From the NCBI GenBank assembly GCA_963826715.1, contig CAWGYA010000008.1, positions 800,001 through 864,000 of the forward strand: a stretch of DNA of 64,000 nt, in the 5' to 3' direction. The stretch's first letter is position 1, and every line of letters starts with the position of its first letter. The notes under the pieces were generated by a model. It ran no database searches. It was given only the letters and a program-made list of their open reading frames with translations, and was not told the DNA's origin. The DNA is from Candidatus Bathyarchaeota archaeon. Lineage in GTDB: Archaea; Thermoproteota; Bathyarchaeia; Bathyarchaeales; Bathycorpusculaceae. Positions 1 to 9,929 of this stretch are shown here, one piece after another. The position numbers and the translations under genes are program-made.

Positions 1-2
1 TT

Positions 3-266
3 CTTGTTCCTGATAAAGTTGAACAAGATTTCTTTGGTTCGAGAAATTTCTTCTTATGGTTCAAAAAAATTAATATTGATACCGTTCGAAAGAAGCGAGA
101 TGTCTATTGGATTGTCTATAATTCGCTTCCTTTTCCCTTAGCTTTATTATATGATGGTTTGTTTTATTCTGTAAGGAAACGTTTTTCGATTAAAATTAAC
201 CGCACAGTAGATCCATTTTCGTCTTTTATTTCATTGATTCGTTCCTCTCCTGATAAAGTAAATTAA
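3..266 (+). CDS. 3' end of a gene truncated by the window edge (unknown product)
   Basis: Open frame from base 3 (LVPDKVEQDFFGSR...SSPDKVN) to TAA at 264-266; same strand as the downstream cluster. Confidence 0.55.
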   Translation, partial: LVPDKVEQDFFGSRNFFLWFKKINIDTVRKKRDVYWIVYNSLPFPLALLYDGLFYSVRKRFSIKINRTVDPFSSFISLIRSSPDKVN

Positions 267-333
267 TTGTTATCTGCTGTTTGTAATCGATTAATAAAAT
301 ATATCTGATTAAAACAAGGTCGGCTGGACTGAT

Positions 334-2022
334 ATGTTCTTAGTTGCGGTAACGAATTCTGATATATCGGCTAATTTTTCATCTGAAAAATGTGAAACAT
401 TTGTTTTTCAGAAAAAAAATTTAACGATTGTCTACGATAATTTTCTATCAACAATTGTTTCTAAAAATGGATTATCAGTTATCGAGTCACCGCTTATCTC
501 TAATAGTGGTGCAAGTGAAATAATTCTCTCTCAAGCACAAATTGATAGGGAAAGGGGAATCATAGAATTCTCCAGACCCTTCGTATCTGGTCGACCAATA
601 TATTATCATGTGGATGCAGAAGGTAACTTTTATTGTTCTACTCATATTTCAATGATTAGACAAGCTGGGATAGTCATTCAGGAAAACAAGAAAGTTTTAC
701 CTGAATTTTTTGTTTTTCGGTTTGTATTGCCTCCTCAAACGCTATACAAAAATATTTACCAACTTGGCGAATGTTATCGTTTACATGTGAAATTTCTTGA
801 TGGAAAATGTAAATTAGAAACCATAAATGTTCTTAATCCGTATAGTTGTAAAGATAAAAGTAAATTCAAAGATTTCCGTGAAAGAATTTACGATTTAGCT
901 TCAAAATCTATTGCGCCTTTAGGAGTCAACAAGGATCGTATTGCTCTTTTATTGAGCGGTGGATTAGACTCATCTCTGTTGCTTAAGATTTGTGAAGATC
1001 AAGACTTTAAAATTAATGAGACCTATTCGACTGGTTATCCTTTTGAAGCTTTCGAAAAAGATTACGCAACGTCGAGTGCAAAATATTTTGGAAAAGCACA
1101 TAAGTACTATGAAATTACCCTCGAACAATATCTTCCAGGCTTAGTTGAGGCAATTTCTGCAGCTGAGCAACCGCTTCCACATATGCAATCAGTTCTTATG
1201 CATTTGCTGTTTAAAAATGGGCTTCCGAAAAACAAAGATATTGTATTAAATGGTCAAGGAACGGAGTTAAGTTGCAATAGTACAAATATTATAATTTATG
1301 AGTTTAAGCGAAAATCGTTGAAAACTGAACTTCTTAAGTTCATGGGGAAATTGCCCGTTTTTTCCGCTTGGCGGGGACCGCGGTGGGCTGTTGATTATCA
1401 ATCAAGGATTGATTGTGGAATTGAAGATCCTCACAGTATTATATGGACCCAAGATCCTATTGGGAGTTTAAGTTGGACTGCTAATCATTTTAATGTGAAA
1501 CAATCGGATATAATTAAGAAACCGCTTGAGGAACTTAAGCAGTTTGGCGAACATTCCTTGTATGAAGTTGTGGCGATATACGATTTTATAGGTGCTAATC
1601 ATGCTACAGAATCTACTTGGTCCATGTTGGGTGAGAAGCAAAAGAAAATTGTGTATTATCCTTTTAATTCTCTTAGTCTATTGAACTATATTTTTTCGAT
1701 ACCTGATGCTATCGATTATAAAAAGTATAAATATGTTTTCAAGGAGGTTGCTACTCGTTATGGGGTCCCAGATTTCATTGTCAACCGGCGAAAACTGGGT
1801 TTCAATCCCTTGACAAATCTTAAGTTGTTGAAAGAAAAAGTCTTTGAGCCATTGATTCCTGTTGCTTTAAAGGTATTTGATATAAATCAGATTCGCGAAG
1901 TGAGGCCTGTCGATTGGGGGTATGATTTTTGGACTCTTTGGAATATTTTGAATTATTCAATTTGGAAACGCTTGTGGATAAATAATGAACCTATAGATGT
2001 TTTACTTCAAGAATTGACTTAG
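334..2022 (+). CDS. Asparagine synthase-related amidotransferase (probably glycan amidation)
   Basis: PP-loop LLLSGGLDSS, RPIYY segment, VLNGQG and C-terminal RRKLGF motif; lies among glycosyltransferases. Confidence 0.8.
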   Translation: MFLVAVTNSDISANFSSEKCETFVFQKKNLTIVYDNFLSTIVSKNGLSVIESPLISNSGASEIILSQAQIDRERGIIEFSRPFVSGRPIYYHVDAEGNFYCSTHISMIRQAGIVIQENKKVLPEFFVFRFVLPPQTLYKNIYQLGECYRLHVKFLDGKCKLETINVLNPYSCKDKSKFKDFRERIYDLASKSIAPLGVNKDRIALLLSGGLDSSLLLKICEDQDFKINETYSTGYPFEAFEKDYATSSAKYFGKAHKYYEITLEQYLPGLVEAISAAEQPLPHMQSVLMHLLFKNGLPKNKDIVLNGQGTELSCNSTNIIIYEFKRKSLKTELLKFMGKLPVFSAWRGPRWAVDYQSRIDCGIEDPHSIIWTQDPIGSLSWTANHFNVKQSDIIKKPLEELKQFGEHSLYEVVAIYDFIGANHATESTWSMLGEKQKKIVYYPFNSLSLLNYIFSIPDAIDYKKYKYVFKEVATRYGVPDFIVNRRKLGFNPLTNLKLLKEKVFEPLIPVALKVFDINQIREVRPVDWGYDFWTLWNILNYSIWKRLWINNEPIDVLLQELT

Positions 2023-2100
2023 GCTTATTTTAGATTAATTTAAGTTTGTTTGGTAACGTAATATTTGATTGAAATAAAATAATTAAAGAGGGACATATTT

Positions 2101-2991
2101 CTGACAAAAATTGCTTATTTTATAACTGCCTATAAAGAGCCTGACAGTATAATTAGGTTAGTTAATATTTTGAGCCGTGGCTCAGATTATTTTTACGTTC
2201 ATTTTGATAAAGCTAAATCTCAATACTTTGAATCATGGAAACGGCGCATAGAAGAAGGATGCAAAACTAAGAATGTTACGATTGTTTCAGAATTTAATTG
2301 TAAATGGTCTTCTTTTGGGATAGTTGATGCAACTTTAAGCGCTATGAACTTTTTTAGTAATCTAAATTATGATTACTTGATAAATCTCACTGGTGAGGAT
2401 TATCCTATAAAATCTACAAGGCAAATTGATTGTTTTTTCGAAAAGAAAGATTTAGGGTTCTTAACATTCTGGATGCTGCCGTACGCTGGATGGTATAAAG
2501 GTGGGCTAAATCGAATCAACAATCGGTTCTTCTGCCTTCCAAAACGGGGATACCCTTACGTTAGATTATTACAGATTCCCCGTATTAAAAAGGGATTGCC
2601 TGGTAATTTTCAGGCTTACGGTGGATGGAGTTTGTTTTGCTTGCCTAAAGTCATGGTTGACTATATTGTTGATTTTACGAGAAATAATTCGAATTTCAAA
2701 TCGTTCTTTAAGCATGTGCACGCTCCAGGTGAAATGTATTTTCAAACAGTATTGCTGAATTCTTGTTTTGCGAACAGAATAATTAACGATAATAAGCGGT
2801 ATCTCGATTTTATTGATGCTCATCCGCGAGCTTTAACAATGAAAGATTTTATAACTCTAAAGGAAAGTGGCTGTCTATTTGCACGCAAGTTTAATGAAAA
2901 CGTCGATAAAGAACTATTGGATCGGATTGATAAGGAGATAATGAGTGAGAATGGCTTACCTGGTTTATCTGCCTCTCACGAACTGGTATAA
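2101..2991 (+). CDS. Core-2/I-branching beta-1,6-GlcNAc transferase family (GT14) protein
   Basis: YVHFDK, NLTGEDYPIKS, FARKF motifs; the frame extends upstream of 2170 to CTG at 2101 (KIAYFITAYKEP), matching the N-terminus of the paralogue at 9030-9899. Confidence 0.85.
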   Translation: MTKIAYFITAYKEPDSIIRLVNILSRGSDYFYVHFDKAKSQYFESWKRRIEEGCKTKNVTIVSEFNCKWSSFGIVDATLSAMNFFSNLNYDYLINLTGEDYPIKSTRQIDCFFEKKDLGFLTFWMLPYAGWYKGGLNRINNRFFCLPKRGYPYVRLLQIPRIKKGLPGNFQAYGGWSLFCLPKVMVDYIVDFTRNNSNFKSFFKHVHAPGEMYFQTVLLNSCFANRIINDNKRYLDFIDAHPRALTMKDFITLKESGCLFARKFNENVDKELLDRIDKEIMSENGLPGLSASHELV

Positions 2992-3011
2992 ATTTTGGTG
3001 ATTGTAGTTTA

Positions 3012-4217
3012 ATGGATAAAATAACTTTTTTTATGATTTCAAGTTTTTACCCTCCATATCATATTGGCGGGGACGCAACTCATGTTAAATATCTATCTGA
3101 AAAATTGGTGGATATGGGTCATGAAGTGCATGTTTTACATAGTTTTGATGCCTACAAGATTAAAAGAGGTAACCAATTACCTTTAATGAAGGCTGAAGAT
3201 AAAAAAAATCTTTTTATTCATACAATAAAATCACCTATTAGAAATTTTGATCCATTGATGGTTTATACTCTTGGTAATTCACCTTATGTTAGCAAAATTT
3301 TCTCTCAATTGATTGATGATATTAAACCCCAGGTTGTTCATCACCATAACATTTCACTACTTGGTTTCAATTTGCTTAAAGCGCGACGTGATTATACTTC
3401 AGTCTATACAGCGCACGACTACTGGTTAACATGTCAAACAAGCAACCTTTTCAAATATCAGAAGAAAATATGTGATGTTAAAAATTGTCATTATTGTTCA
3501 ATTCGATCAAAAAGATATCCCCAATTTTGGAGATTATTCCCTAACTTTAATACGGCTATACAGAATTTGGATTTAATAATTTCGCCAAGTGAGTATGTTA
3601 AATCTCAGCTACATGAAATACCTGTAAATAAAATCGTTATACCTAACTTTGTACCAGAACCGCCCAAAAATATCCCTAAATATCCGATTCAAAAATATTT
3701 CTTGTATTTGGGGATGTTAGAGAAACATAAAGGCATTCTTGAGTTGTTGGAGATATTTAAAAAGTCTAAAAACCAGTTGAAGAGTAAATTAGTTGTTGCT
3801 GGTGGTGGAAGCCTTAAACCCTTTATTCTAGATTATATTAATAGGAATTCATTAGCTGATTCTGTTTCTTTTTTGGGCTTTGTTGATTCTAAAACAAAAT
3901 ATGCCTTATACAAAAATGCAATCGCAGTAATTATTCCTTCAATTTGGCCAGAGAATGCTCCATTGGTTGCTTTGGAGGCTCTCTCTGTTGGGACTCCCGT
4001 TATAGGCTCAAATAAAGGTGGGTTACCCGAAATTTTGGCAAAGTTTGATAGGCAGTTAATTTTTAATAATTGGGCTGACCTTAAAAATATTTTATTGCTA
4101 TTGGACACTCAAAATGAATCTCGCAAGATTGACAAAAAAACTTTTGATACGTACTTCTCTCCTCAGGTCTACGTCGATAGTTATTTGAAAGCAATTAAAC
4201 GCAGTTCTTTTCGATGA
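3012..4217 (+). CDS. GT4 family glycosyltransferase
   Basis: YPPYHIGG, HDYW, PSIWPENAPLVALEALSVGTPVIGSNKGGLPE. Confidence 0.9.
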   Translation: MDKITFFMISSFYPPYHIGGDATHVKYLSEKLVDMGHEVHVLHSFDAYKIKRGNQLPLMKAEDKKNLFIHTIKSPIRNFDPLMVYTLGNSPYVSKIFSQLIDDIKPQVVHHHNISLLGFNLLKARRDYTSVYTAHDYWLTCQTSNLFKYQKKICDVKNCHYCSIRSKRYPQFWRLFPNFNTAIQNLDLIISPSEYVKSQLHEIPVNKIVIPNFVPEPPKNIPKYPIQKYFLYLGMLEKHKGILELLEIFKKSKNQLKSKLVVAGGGSLKPFILDYINRNSLADSVSFLGFVDSKTKYALYKNAIAVIIPSIWPENAPLVALEALSVGTPVIGSNKGGLPEILAKFDRQLIFNNWADLKNILLLLDTQNESRKIDKKTFDTYFSPQVYVDSYLKAIKRSSFR

Positions 4218-4277
4218 TTAAATGTAGGTGATTATATCTTAAAGACTCGTGTATCCAGAAGACTTTCGGTACTTTGG

Positions 4278-5426
4278 TTGAGCTTTACTATGCTAGATTC
4301 GGATCTTCATAAAACTGCTATGATAAACATTCTTGAACAGTTTGCCAAGTTGGGTCATCAAGTATCTCTTTTTGCTCTCCAGTCAAAAAAAGTATACCAA
4401 AACGATGATCGAAGAATTAAAATCATGGCTGTTCCCATTAGATATAAACCTTTTATTTCGACCTTTCTTTTTATGATATTACAAGTTTTATTTCTTCCAT
4501 TTTATCTTTTATACTCAAAAACATCTTTTGTAATATATGATCCTGATATTCATATTCTAAGTAGTTTTCCTGTCATATTGGTTGCAAAACTCACTAGAAA
4601 AAAGGTAATTTTAGATATTCGATCCGTTCCTGTTGAAACTGTTGGTCTTAGAGGCTATTTGAGGACTTTTTGGTTTTCATGTTCAATATTAATTGCCCGA
4701 AAATTTTTTGACGGAATTACGATAATAACGCCATCAATGAAAGAAAAGATATGTACTGACTATAATCTTAACTCTCGTGAAGTTGGTGTTTGGACCTCTG
4801 GTGTATCCCAGGATATTTTTGATCCTTCAAAATATGAAAATAGTTCTTTAAGAAAACAATTTAATCTTGAAGGTAAATTCGTTGTTTTTTATCATGGCGT
4901 TTTTACACCTACTCGTGCATTAAAAGAAACCCTTCAAGCTATAGAATTGTTAGTGCCTGAGTATCCTGATATAATGGTTTTTCTTTTAGGTTCAGGGCCA
5001 TCTTTAGATGATTTAAAGGCTTTTGTGCAGAAAGAAAATCTTTGGGCGCATGTTGTTTTTGCTGAACCGGTAGATCATTCAAAAGTTCCAGAGTATATTT
5101 GTAGTATATGTGATGTAGGAATTATTCCTTTGCCTGATCATCCATATTGGCGCTTTCAAAGTCCACTTAAACTTTTGGAATATTTGGCGATGGGAAAAAT
5201 TGTTGTTTTGACGGACATTCCTGCCCATAGGGCAGTAATGGGGGATTCAAGGTGCGGAGTTTATATACCTTCTGTGACACCAGATGACTTGGCAAAAGGC
5301 ATTAAGACGGCTTTTTTGATTAAAAATAATAGTGAAAATTGTGGGAAAATTAGTAGATCATTGATTCGAAATTATACTTGGGAAAAAGTTGCATCTGAAT
5401 TGGAAGATTATATGTATTCTATCTAG
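4278..5426 (+). CDS. GT4 family glycosyltransferase
   Basis: SPLKLLEYLAMGKIVVLTD and YTWEKVA; true start may be slightly upstream. Confidence 0.88.
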   Translation: MSFTMLDSDLHKTAMINILEQFAKLGHQVSLFALQSKKVYQNDDRRIKIMAVPIRYKPFISTFLFMILQVLFLPFYLLYSKTSFVIYDPDIHILSSFPVILVAKLTRKKVILDIRSVPVETVGLRGYLRTFWFSCSILIARKFFDGITIITPSMKEKICTDYNLNSREVGVWTSGVSQDIFDPSKYENSSLRKQFNLEGKFVVFYHGVFTPTRALKETLQAIELLVPEYPDIMVFLLGSGPSLDDLKAFVQKENLWAHVVFAEPVDHSKVPEYICSICDVGIIPLPDHPYWRFQSPLKLLEYLAMGKIVVLTDIPAHRAVMGDSRCGVYIPSVTPDDLAKGIKTAFLIKNNSENCGKISRSLIRNYTWEKVASELEDYMYSI

Positions 5427-5506
5427 TTTTTGTATTTGAATTATGTATCTGCAATTTTTAAAGTTTATATTTAAGGTAGAATTACTTTCTGTATGGTATA
5501 TTAAGC

Positions 5507-6265
5507 TTGAAGATGTTTAAGGGTTTTACAAAAAGGTATGCTATTCATCTAATGGTTGTATTATTGGTTTATACGCTTGTTTTATTGCCTGTATATGGGC
5601 AGGTTGCTCAGCAAGTTGTAGTATTATCTGGTGGAGCTATTTTATACCCCAATGTTAGCCCTACTCAAATACCGACTCCTGTGTTGCATAATTTGGCTTC
5701 GATTCCAAGTCATTGGTACTTAACTTATAGTACTGGGCCTCAGATAATCCATTTGGATTCTTCAGTTACGTACAACGGTGAAGCAAGTGTTCGTCTTGAT
5801 AAGCATACAAGTGCTGATGTCAATACTGCTAGAGAATGTAACACTGGTGCATACTCCATTAAACCGGGGGATCATATCGTTTTTAGTTGTTGGATGAAGA
5901 CGACTGAAAGCGGCTATGGTGACACTAACCCGTTCTCTGGAGCAAGAATAGGTATAGATTTTTGGAATTCTGGTGGTAGGATTAATGGTTTAGCAAGTGA
6001 TGGCCAACATGGACTATACCCTAATGAACAATCATCTGCTGTTCAAAAGTTTTATGTACCGTGGGGTAGTGATTGGACACTTAAAATAATTGATTTTATT
6101 GTACCTCAAAAAATGACTGCTGATGGGTTTTTTGGATATCCTGCTGGGACAAGTCAAACACCCAGCGCTATGATTCTTTGGATGCAGGTTTGGAGCAGCA
6201 CTTATGGCTCAACTGATCCAGGGCACGCATGGTTCGCCAACGCACAACTATACATAAACCCATAG
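5507..6265 (+). CDS. Secreted protein with CBM-like (jelly-roll) C-terminal domain, paralogue A
   Basis: N-terminal hydrophobic signal; domain ending AWFANAQLYINP shared with 12829-14199 and 15781-16542. Confidence 0.7.
   Translation: MKMFKGFTKRYAIHLMVVLLVYTLVLLPVYGQVAQQVVVLSGGAILYPNVSPTQIPTPVLHNLASIPSHWYLTYSTGPQIIHLDSSVTYNGEASVRLDKHTSADVNTARECNTGAYSIKPGDHIVFSCWMKTTESGYGDTNPFSGARIGIDFWNSGGRINGLASDGQHGLYPNEQSSAVQKFYVPWGSDWTLKIIDFIVPQKMTADGFFGYPAGTSQTPSAMILWMQVWSSTYGSTDPGHAWFANAQLYINP
5888..5952 (+). repeat. 65-bp patch, inverted copy at 16049-16113 (1 mismatch)
   Basis: Direct comparison of tgttggatgaagacgactgaaagcggctatggtgacactaacccgt(t/a)ctctggagcaagaatagg. Confidence 0.95.
6155..6264 (+). 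repeat. 110-bp patch, inverted copy at 15782-15891 (1 mismatch)
   Basis: Direct comparison; 6169-6264 is identical to the reverse complement of 15782-15877. Confidence 0.95.
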
Positions 6266-6508
6266 TTTCACTAACATGATTGCTCAAGAATAAATAGAAA
6301 ACTACTAAAAATTAGTACGTTGATGCTGAGAGAGGAAAATTGTTGAAAATCGAGTATCTTGACCTTGTGTGCGGAAGATTTTAATAATTTTCAAAATAAT
6401 AAACTATCGTGCTAACCAGTCGATATTCCAACAAATCCATACTTTTAGGCTTACTGACCTTATGGGTCAGCTTGCTTTTAGCTTAACTGAAAAAGTGAGG
6501 TCACTATT

Positions 6509-8068
6509 TTGCGGAAAAATGCTTTATTATTAATTCCTTTCTTTACCGGCATAATACTTCTTCTTTATTCTTGGTTTATTAGCTATCCTTTATTCATCGA
6601 CTCTGGAAGTGACTACACATTTTATCACATTTCACCTTTGTATTGGGTCAGCGTACCCTTGTTAATGGGTTCTATGTTCTTATTGGGATTAACTGTAAAA
6701 AACAAAATTATTAGATGGCTTTTAGCAATAGGCATTGTTCTAACAATTTACTCTATCTACTTTTTTTATCAGAGTATGCCAACGTCTGATTCTCAGTACT
6801 TTAGAGGCTTGAATGAATATCTGTTTGAAACAGGAAGCTTGGCTCCTTCGCAACTAGACCATCTATATTATGAGTGGCCTTCTTTTTTCATTTTATCGTA
6901 TATTGGAACACATTTACCTGGAATCTCTCTTAACTTCTTTGAATACTTACTTTTTACTATAATAGCTGTATTTTTATGTGGAGGCTTATATGTTTATTTT
7001 TCAAAACGTTATGAGCAAGGAACCCTTTTGGGGATCATCGCCTTTTTTATTACCCTATTTTATTTTCTGAATTTTCAAGCCGTCCCTTTTTCTCTAGCTT
7101 TTGGTCTTTTCTTCCTCATATTAATGCTGGAGACTTCTCCTAAAACAAACTCCATTCTCGCAATAATTCTTTTTCTATACATTAGTCTCATAATTACGCA
7201 CTCATTTGTTCCCTTGTTTTTTATTATCTATCTATTTACTCGAACTTTTCTGGATAAGAGTCGGTTGTATGCTTATCTATCCATTTTTTCTGTGGCGAGT
7301 TACTTCATAGTACAATTAACCCTAGCACGTTTTTCGTTTGAACAAGCTCTCCACAAAATCCTAAATCCTCCAACAGAATATGTCTCGATCGCCGCTAATA
7401 CATTAGCTCCAGTTACGAACCCAATTGATTTGCTCGCTCAATTTTTTTCTAGAACTATAGTCATATCATTTGCTATAATATGCCTATTTGGTTTTCTTTA
7501 CTTATTTAGAAAGAAAAAAATTACAAATTTTGACAAAGCTGTACTATTTACCGGTCTCGGTTATACTATTTTGGGAATTGGTTTAAATCTTCTAGGATGG
7601 CGTGCATTAGCCGTGGTTCTGATTCCTATTTCTTTAGGGGTTGCTTACTTATTTGAAAACAAAAGATTCAAAAAATATTTAAAGATAATATCACTGTTTC
7701 TAATTTTACTTTTCTTCTTCATTCCTCTCCATCAACAAACATTTGCTAGTGAGGTTCATTACCAAACGGCGTCTGCGAAAACTGCTGAAGAATTTTTCAT
7801 TAATCATCATAACTGGACTGAACAAAGTCATATAATTGCTGGTTTTAGAGTTTCCACTTATGTCACACCAAAATTAGATTCATATATATATATTTATACA
7901 GATTTAGAAACAGTTGCTCACGCTGACTCGATAATTTTCACGGAAGAATTATCAAGGGATTTTGTTGCAAGGAACATGACATTAAATTCTTTAATTATAG
8001 ATCAAAATTTTGACTCACTTTATAATGATGGGCTGTCTTCATTATTAGTGAAACCTTATGAAAAATAG
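6509..8068 (+). CDS. Multi-pass membrane protein (GT-C/polymerase-like)
   Basis: Many hydrophobic segments, loop with SDSQY and YYEWP; glycan-cluster context. Confidence 0.55.
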   Translation: MRKNALLLIPFFTGIILLLYSWFISYPLFIDSGSDYTFYHISPLYWVSVPLLMGSMFLLGLTVKNKIIRWLLAIGIVLTIYSIYFFYQSMPTSDSQYFRGLNEYLFETGSLAPSQLDHLYYEWPSFFILSYIGTHLPGISLNFFEYLLFTIIAVFLCGGLYVYFSKRYEQGTLLGIIAFFITLFYFLNFQAVPFSLAFGLFFLILMLETSPKTNSILAIILFLYISLIITHSFVPLFFIIYLFTRTFLDKSRLYAYLSIFSVASYFIVQLTLARFSFEQALHKILNPPTEYVSIAANTLAPVTNPIDLLAQFFSRTIVISFAIICLFGFLYLFRKKKITNFDKAVLFTGLGYTILGIGLNLLGWRALAVVLIPISLGVAYLFENKRFKKYLKIISLFLILLFFFIPLHQQTFASEVHYQTASAKTAEEFFINHHNWTEQSHIIAGFRVSTYVTPKLDSYIYIYTDLETVAHADSIIFTEELSRDFVARNMTLNSLIIDQNFDSLYNDGLSSLLVKPYEK

Positions 8069-8160
8069 GTTTAAGACACCTCTTATGTTAAAATGAGTAT
8101 TCATTCGAGAAATTTTTAAGAAAGGAGAGATTCAAGTTAACACCTAACGATGAAACATCT

Positions 8161-8814
8161 ATGAGTCGAGTAGTTGCGAAGTTCTTCAGGGCACGACAAC
8201 TCTTGACTGATATTTCACTATTATTATTTAGGCGACATCAATTAAAGAACAAGAATTTTTCGGTAATCTGCAACAACTGCTTAGCTGGTGTGGGCATATA
8301 CAAAAAATTGAGAATGAAATATAGTACACCAACCATTGGTTTATGGTTTTATGCAGATGACTATATTCGCTTCTTAGAAAATATAGAATGGTACATTAAT
8401 CAGCCATTAACCTTTACTAAAACCTCTAAATACCCAGAGGTAAACGAGGCTCAGAAGTTACAAAAATACCCGATCGGAGTTTTAGGGTGGGATGTAGAGA
8501 TACAGTTTAATCACTATAGGACTGAAGATGAAGCGAAAAAAAAGTGGGAAAGACGATCCAAGAGAATAAACAAAAAAAATCTTTTCTTAATCTTTTCTGA
8601 TAGATATGCGTTCAAAGAGGAATATTTGGCAAGATATGAGCGGTTGCCTTATCCTAAGCTCTTTTTTTCAGCTAAACCCAGAAAATCTGAGGTTGTAATT
8701 TTTGTTAGAGAATATAAAAATGAAACCGAAGTAGGTAATTCAAAAATCAACAGGTACTACGAAAAATATGTTGATCTAATTAAATGGCTAAATGGAGAAC
8801 CTTATAAAAAATAA
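8161..8814 (+). CDS. DUF1919 exopolysaccharide biosynthesis protein
   Basis: FSVICNNCLAG, TPTIGLW, YPIGVLG-DVEIQFNHY, KWERRSKRIN. Confidence 0.85.
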   Translation: MSRVVAKFFRARQLLTDISLLLFRRHQLKNKNFSVICNNCLAGVGIYKKLRMKYSTPTIGLWFYADDYIRFLENIEWYINQPLTFTKTSKYPEVNEAQKLQKYPIGVLGWDVEIQFNHYRTEDEAKKKWERRSKRINKKNLFLIFSDRYAFKEEYLARYERLPYPKLFFSAKPRKSEVVIFVREYKNETEVGNSKINRYYEKYVDLIKWLNGEPYKK

Positions 8815-9029
8815 TATATTCTAAAACTTTAACATGGCAAAAATGTAAAATATTTACAGAAATGAACGGTTAACTGTATCCAAATGGTTTCTTGTATTTC
8901 TTTTGAATCAAAAAATCCTCAAAGATATTTTATTCTTATTGAGTTATGCTTAAATTTTTCAGCTAACTAATCTGTGTGTGTATTCTATTCAATTAACACA
9001 TAAATAAATGACTTATTTTGGTAATTGCT

Positions 9030-9899
9030 TTACAATAACTTATCTATCATATCTAAAATTTTATAATCTATTTTTGAATCAAACTTTCTTGCGAAAAGTT
9101 TTTCACTTTTTAGTAATATATCATAATGCTTAGAGGTAAATACGCCGACATTTCCAATACTGTTTCCATCAGTCCAGTTGATTATTCTTTTGTCATCATT
9201 AATTATACGTTTTGAATATGGTGAATTTAACATTATAGTTGTAAAAAACATTTCAGCAGGTGCAAAAGTGGTTTTAAAAAATTTTGCAATCGCTGGATTT
9301 TGGCTTTCAAACTGAATTAAATACTCAACTAATTCTTTGGGGAGGCAAAACCAATTCGTACCTCCATAGGGCTCAAGTCCACAAGGCAATTTTCTTCTTA
9401 AGCGCGGAAACCTCAAAATCTTCACATAAGGATATTTCGAATGATGAATAAAAATGAAATTATTATTAATCCTATTCATCCCCCCTTTATACCAGTGTTG
9501 ATATGGCATTTTCCAATGACTCATGTATCCAAAGTACTCATTTTTTAACTCAGATTTAATGAATTGTTTGGATTTTAAGGGATAACAATCTCCGCTTAAA
9601 TTCACAAAAAAACTATATTTGTAGGCGCTAAAATACTGCATTGCTTCCAAAGTAGATTCAGTAAGACCAAATGAGCCCCAATTAACTGCTGTTTTGGAAA
9701 CAACTTCAATCCTTAAATTGTCGCATTCTTTCTCAATGTATTTTTTCCAAAGCATAAATTTGGCAGAGCCTATCTTCTTATCAAAGTGAACGTAAAAAAG
9801 ATCCTCTGGTGAGGCAAGTCGTTTCACCAAACGAACAACTCTTTCAGGTTCTTTGAAAGTAGAAATGAGGTAAGCTATTCCCGGCATGTTTTTAATCAA
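9030..9899 (-). CDS. Core-2/I-branching (GT14) glycosyltransferase, second paralogue
   Basis: IAYLIS, YVHFDKK, NLSGDCYPLKS, GGTNW, LFARKFD. Confidence 0.87.
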   Translation of the reverse strand: MIKNMPGIAYLISTFKEPERVVRLVKRLASPEDLFYVHFDKKIGSAKFMLWKKYIEKECDNLRIEVVSKTAVNWGSFGLTESTLEAMQYFSAYKYSFFVNLSGDCYPLKSKQFIKSELKNEYFGYMSHWKMPYQHWYKGGMNRINNNFIFIHHSKYPYVKILRFPRLRRKLPCGLEPYGGTNWFCLPKELVEYLIQFESQNPAIAKFFKTTFAPAEMFFTTIMLNSPYSKRIINDDKRIINWTDGNSIGNVGVFTSKHYDILLKSEKLFARKFDSKIDYKILDMIDKLL

Positions 9900-9929
9900 G
9901 ACTTTTTTGCTTTAGAAGCTTTAAGATAA

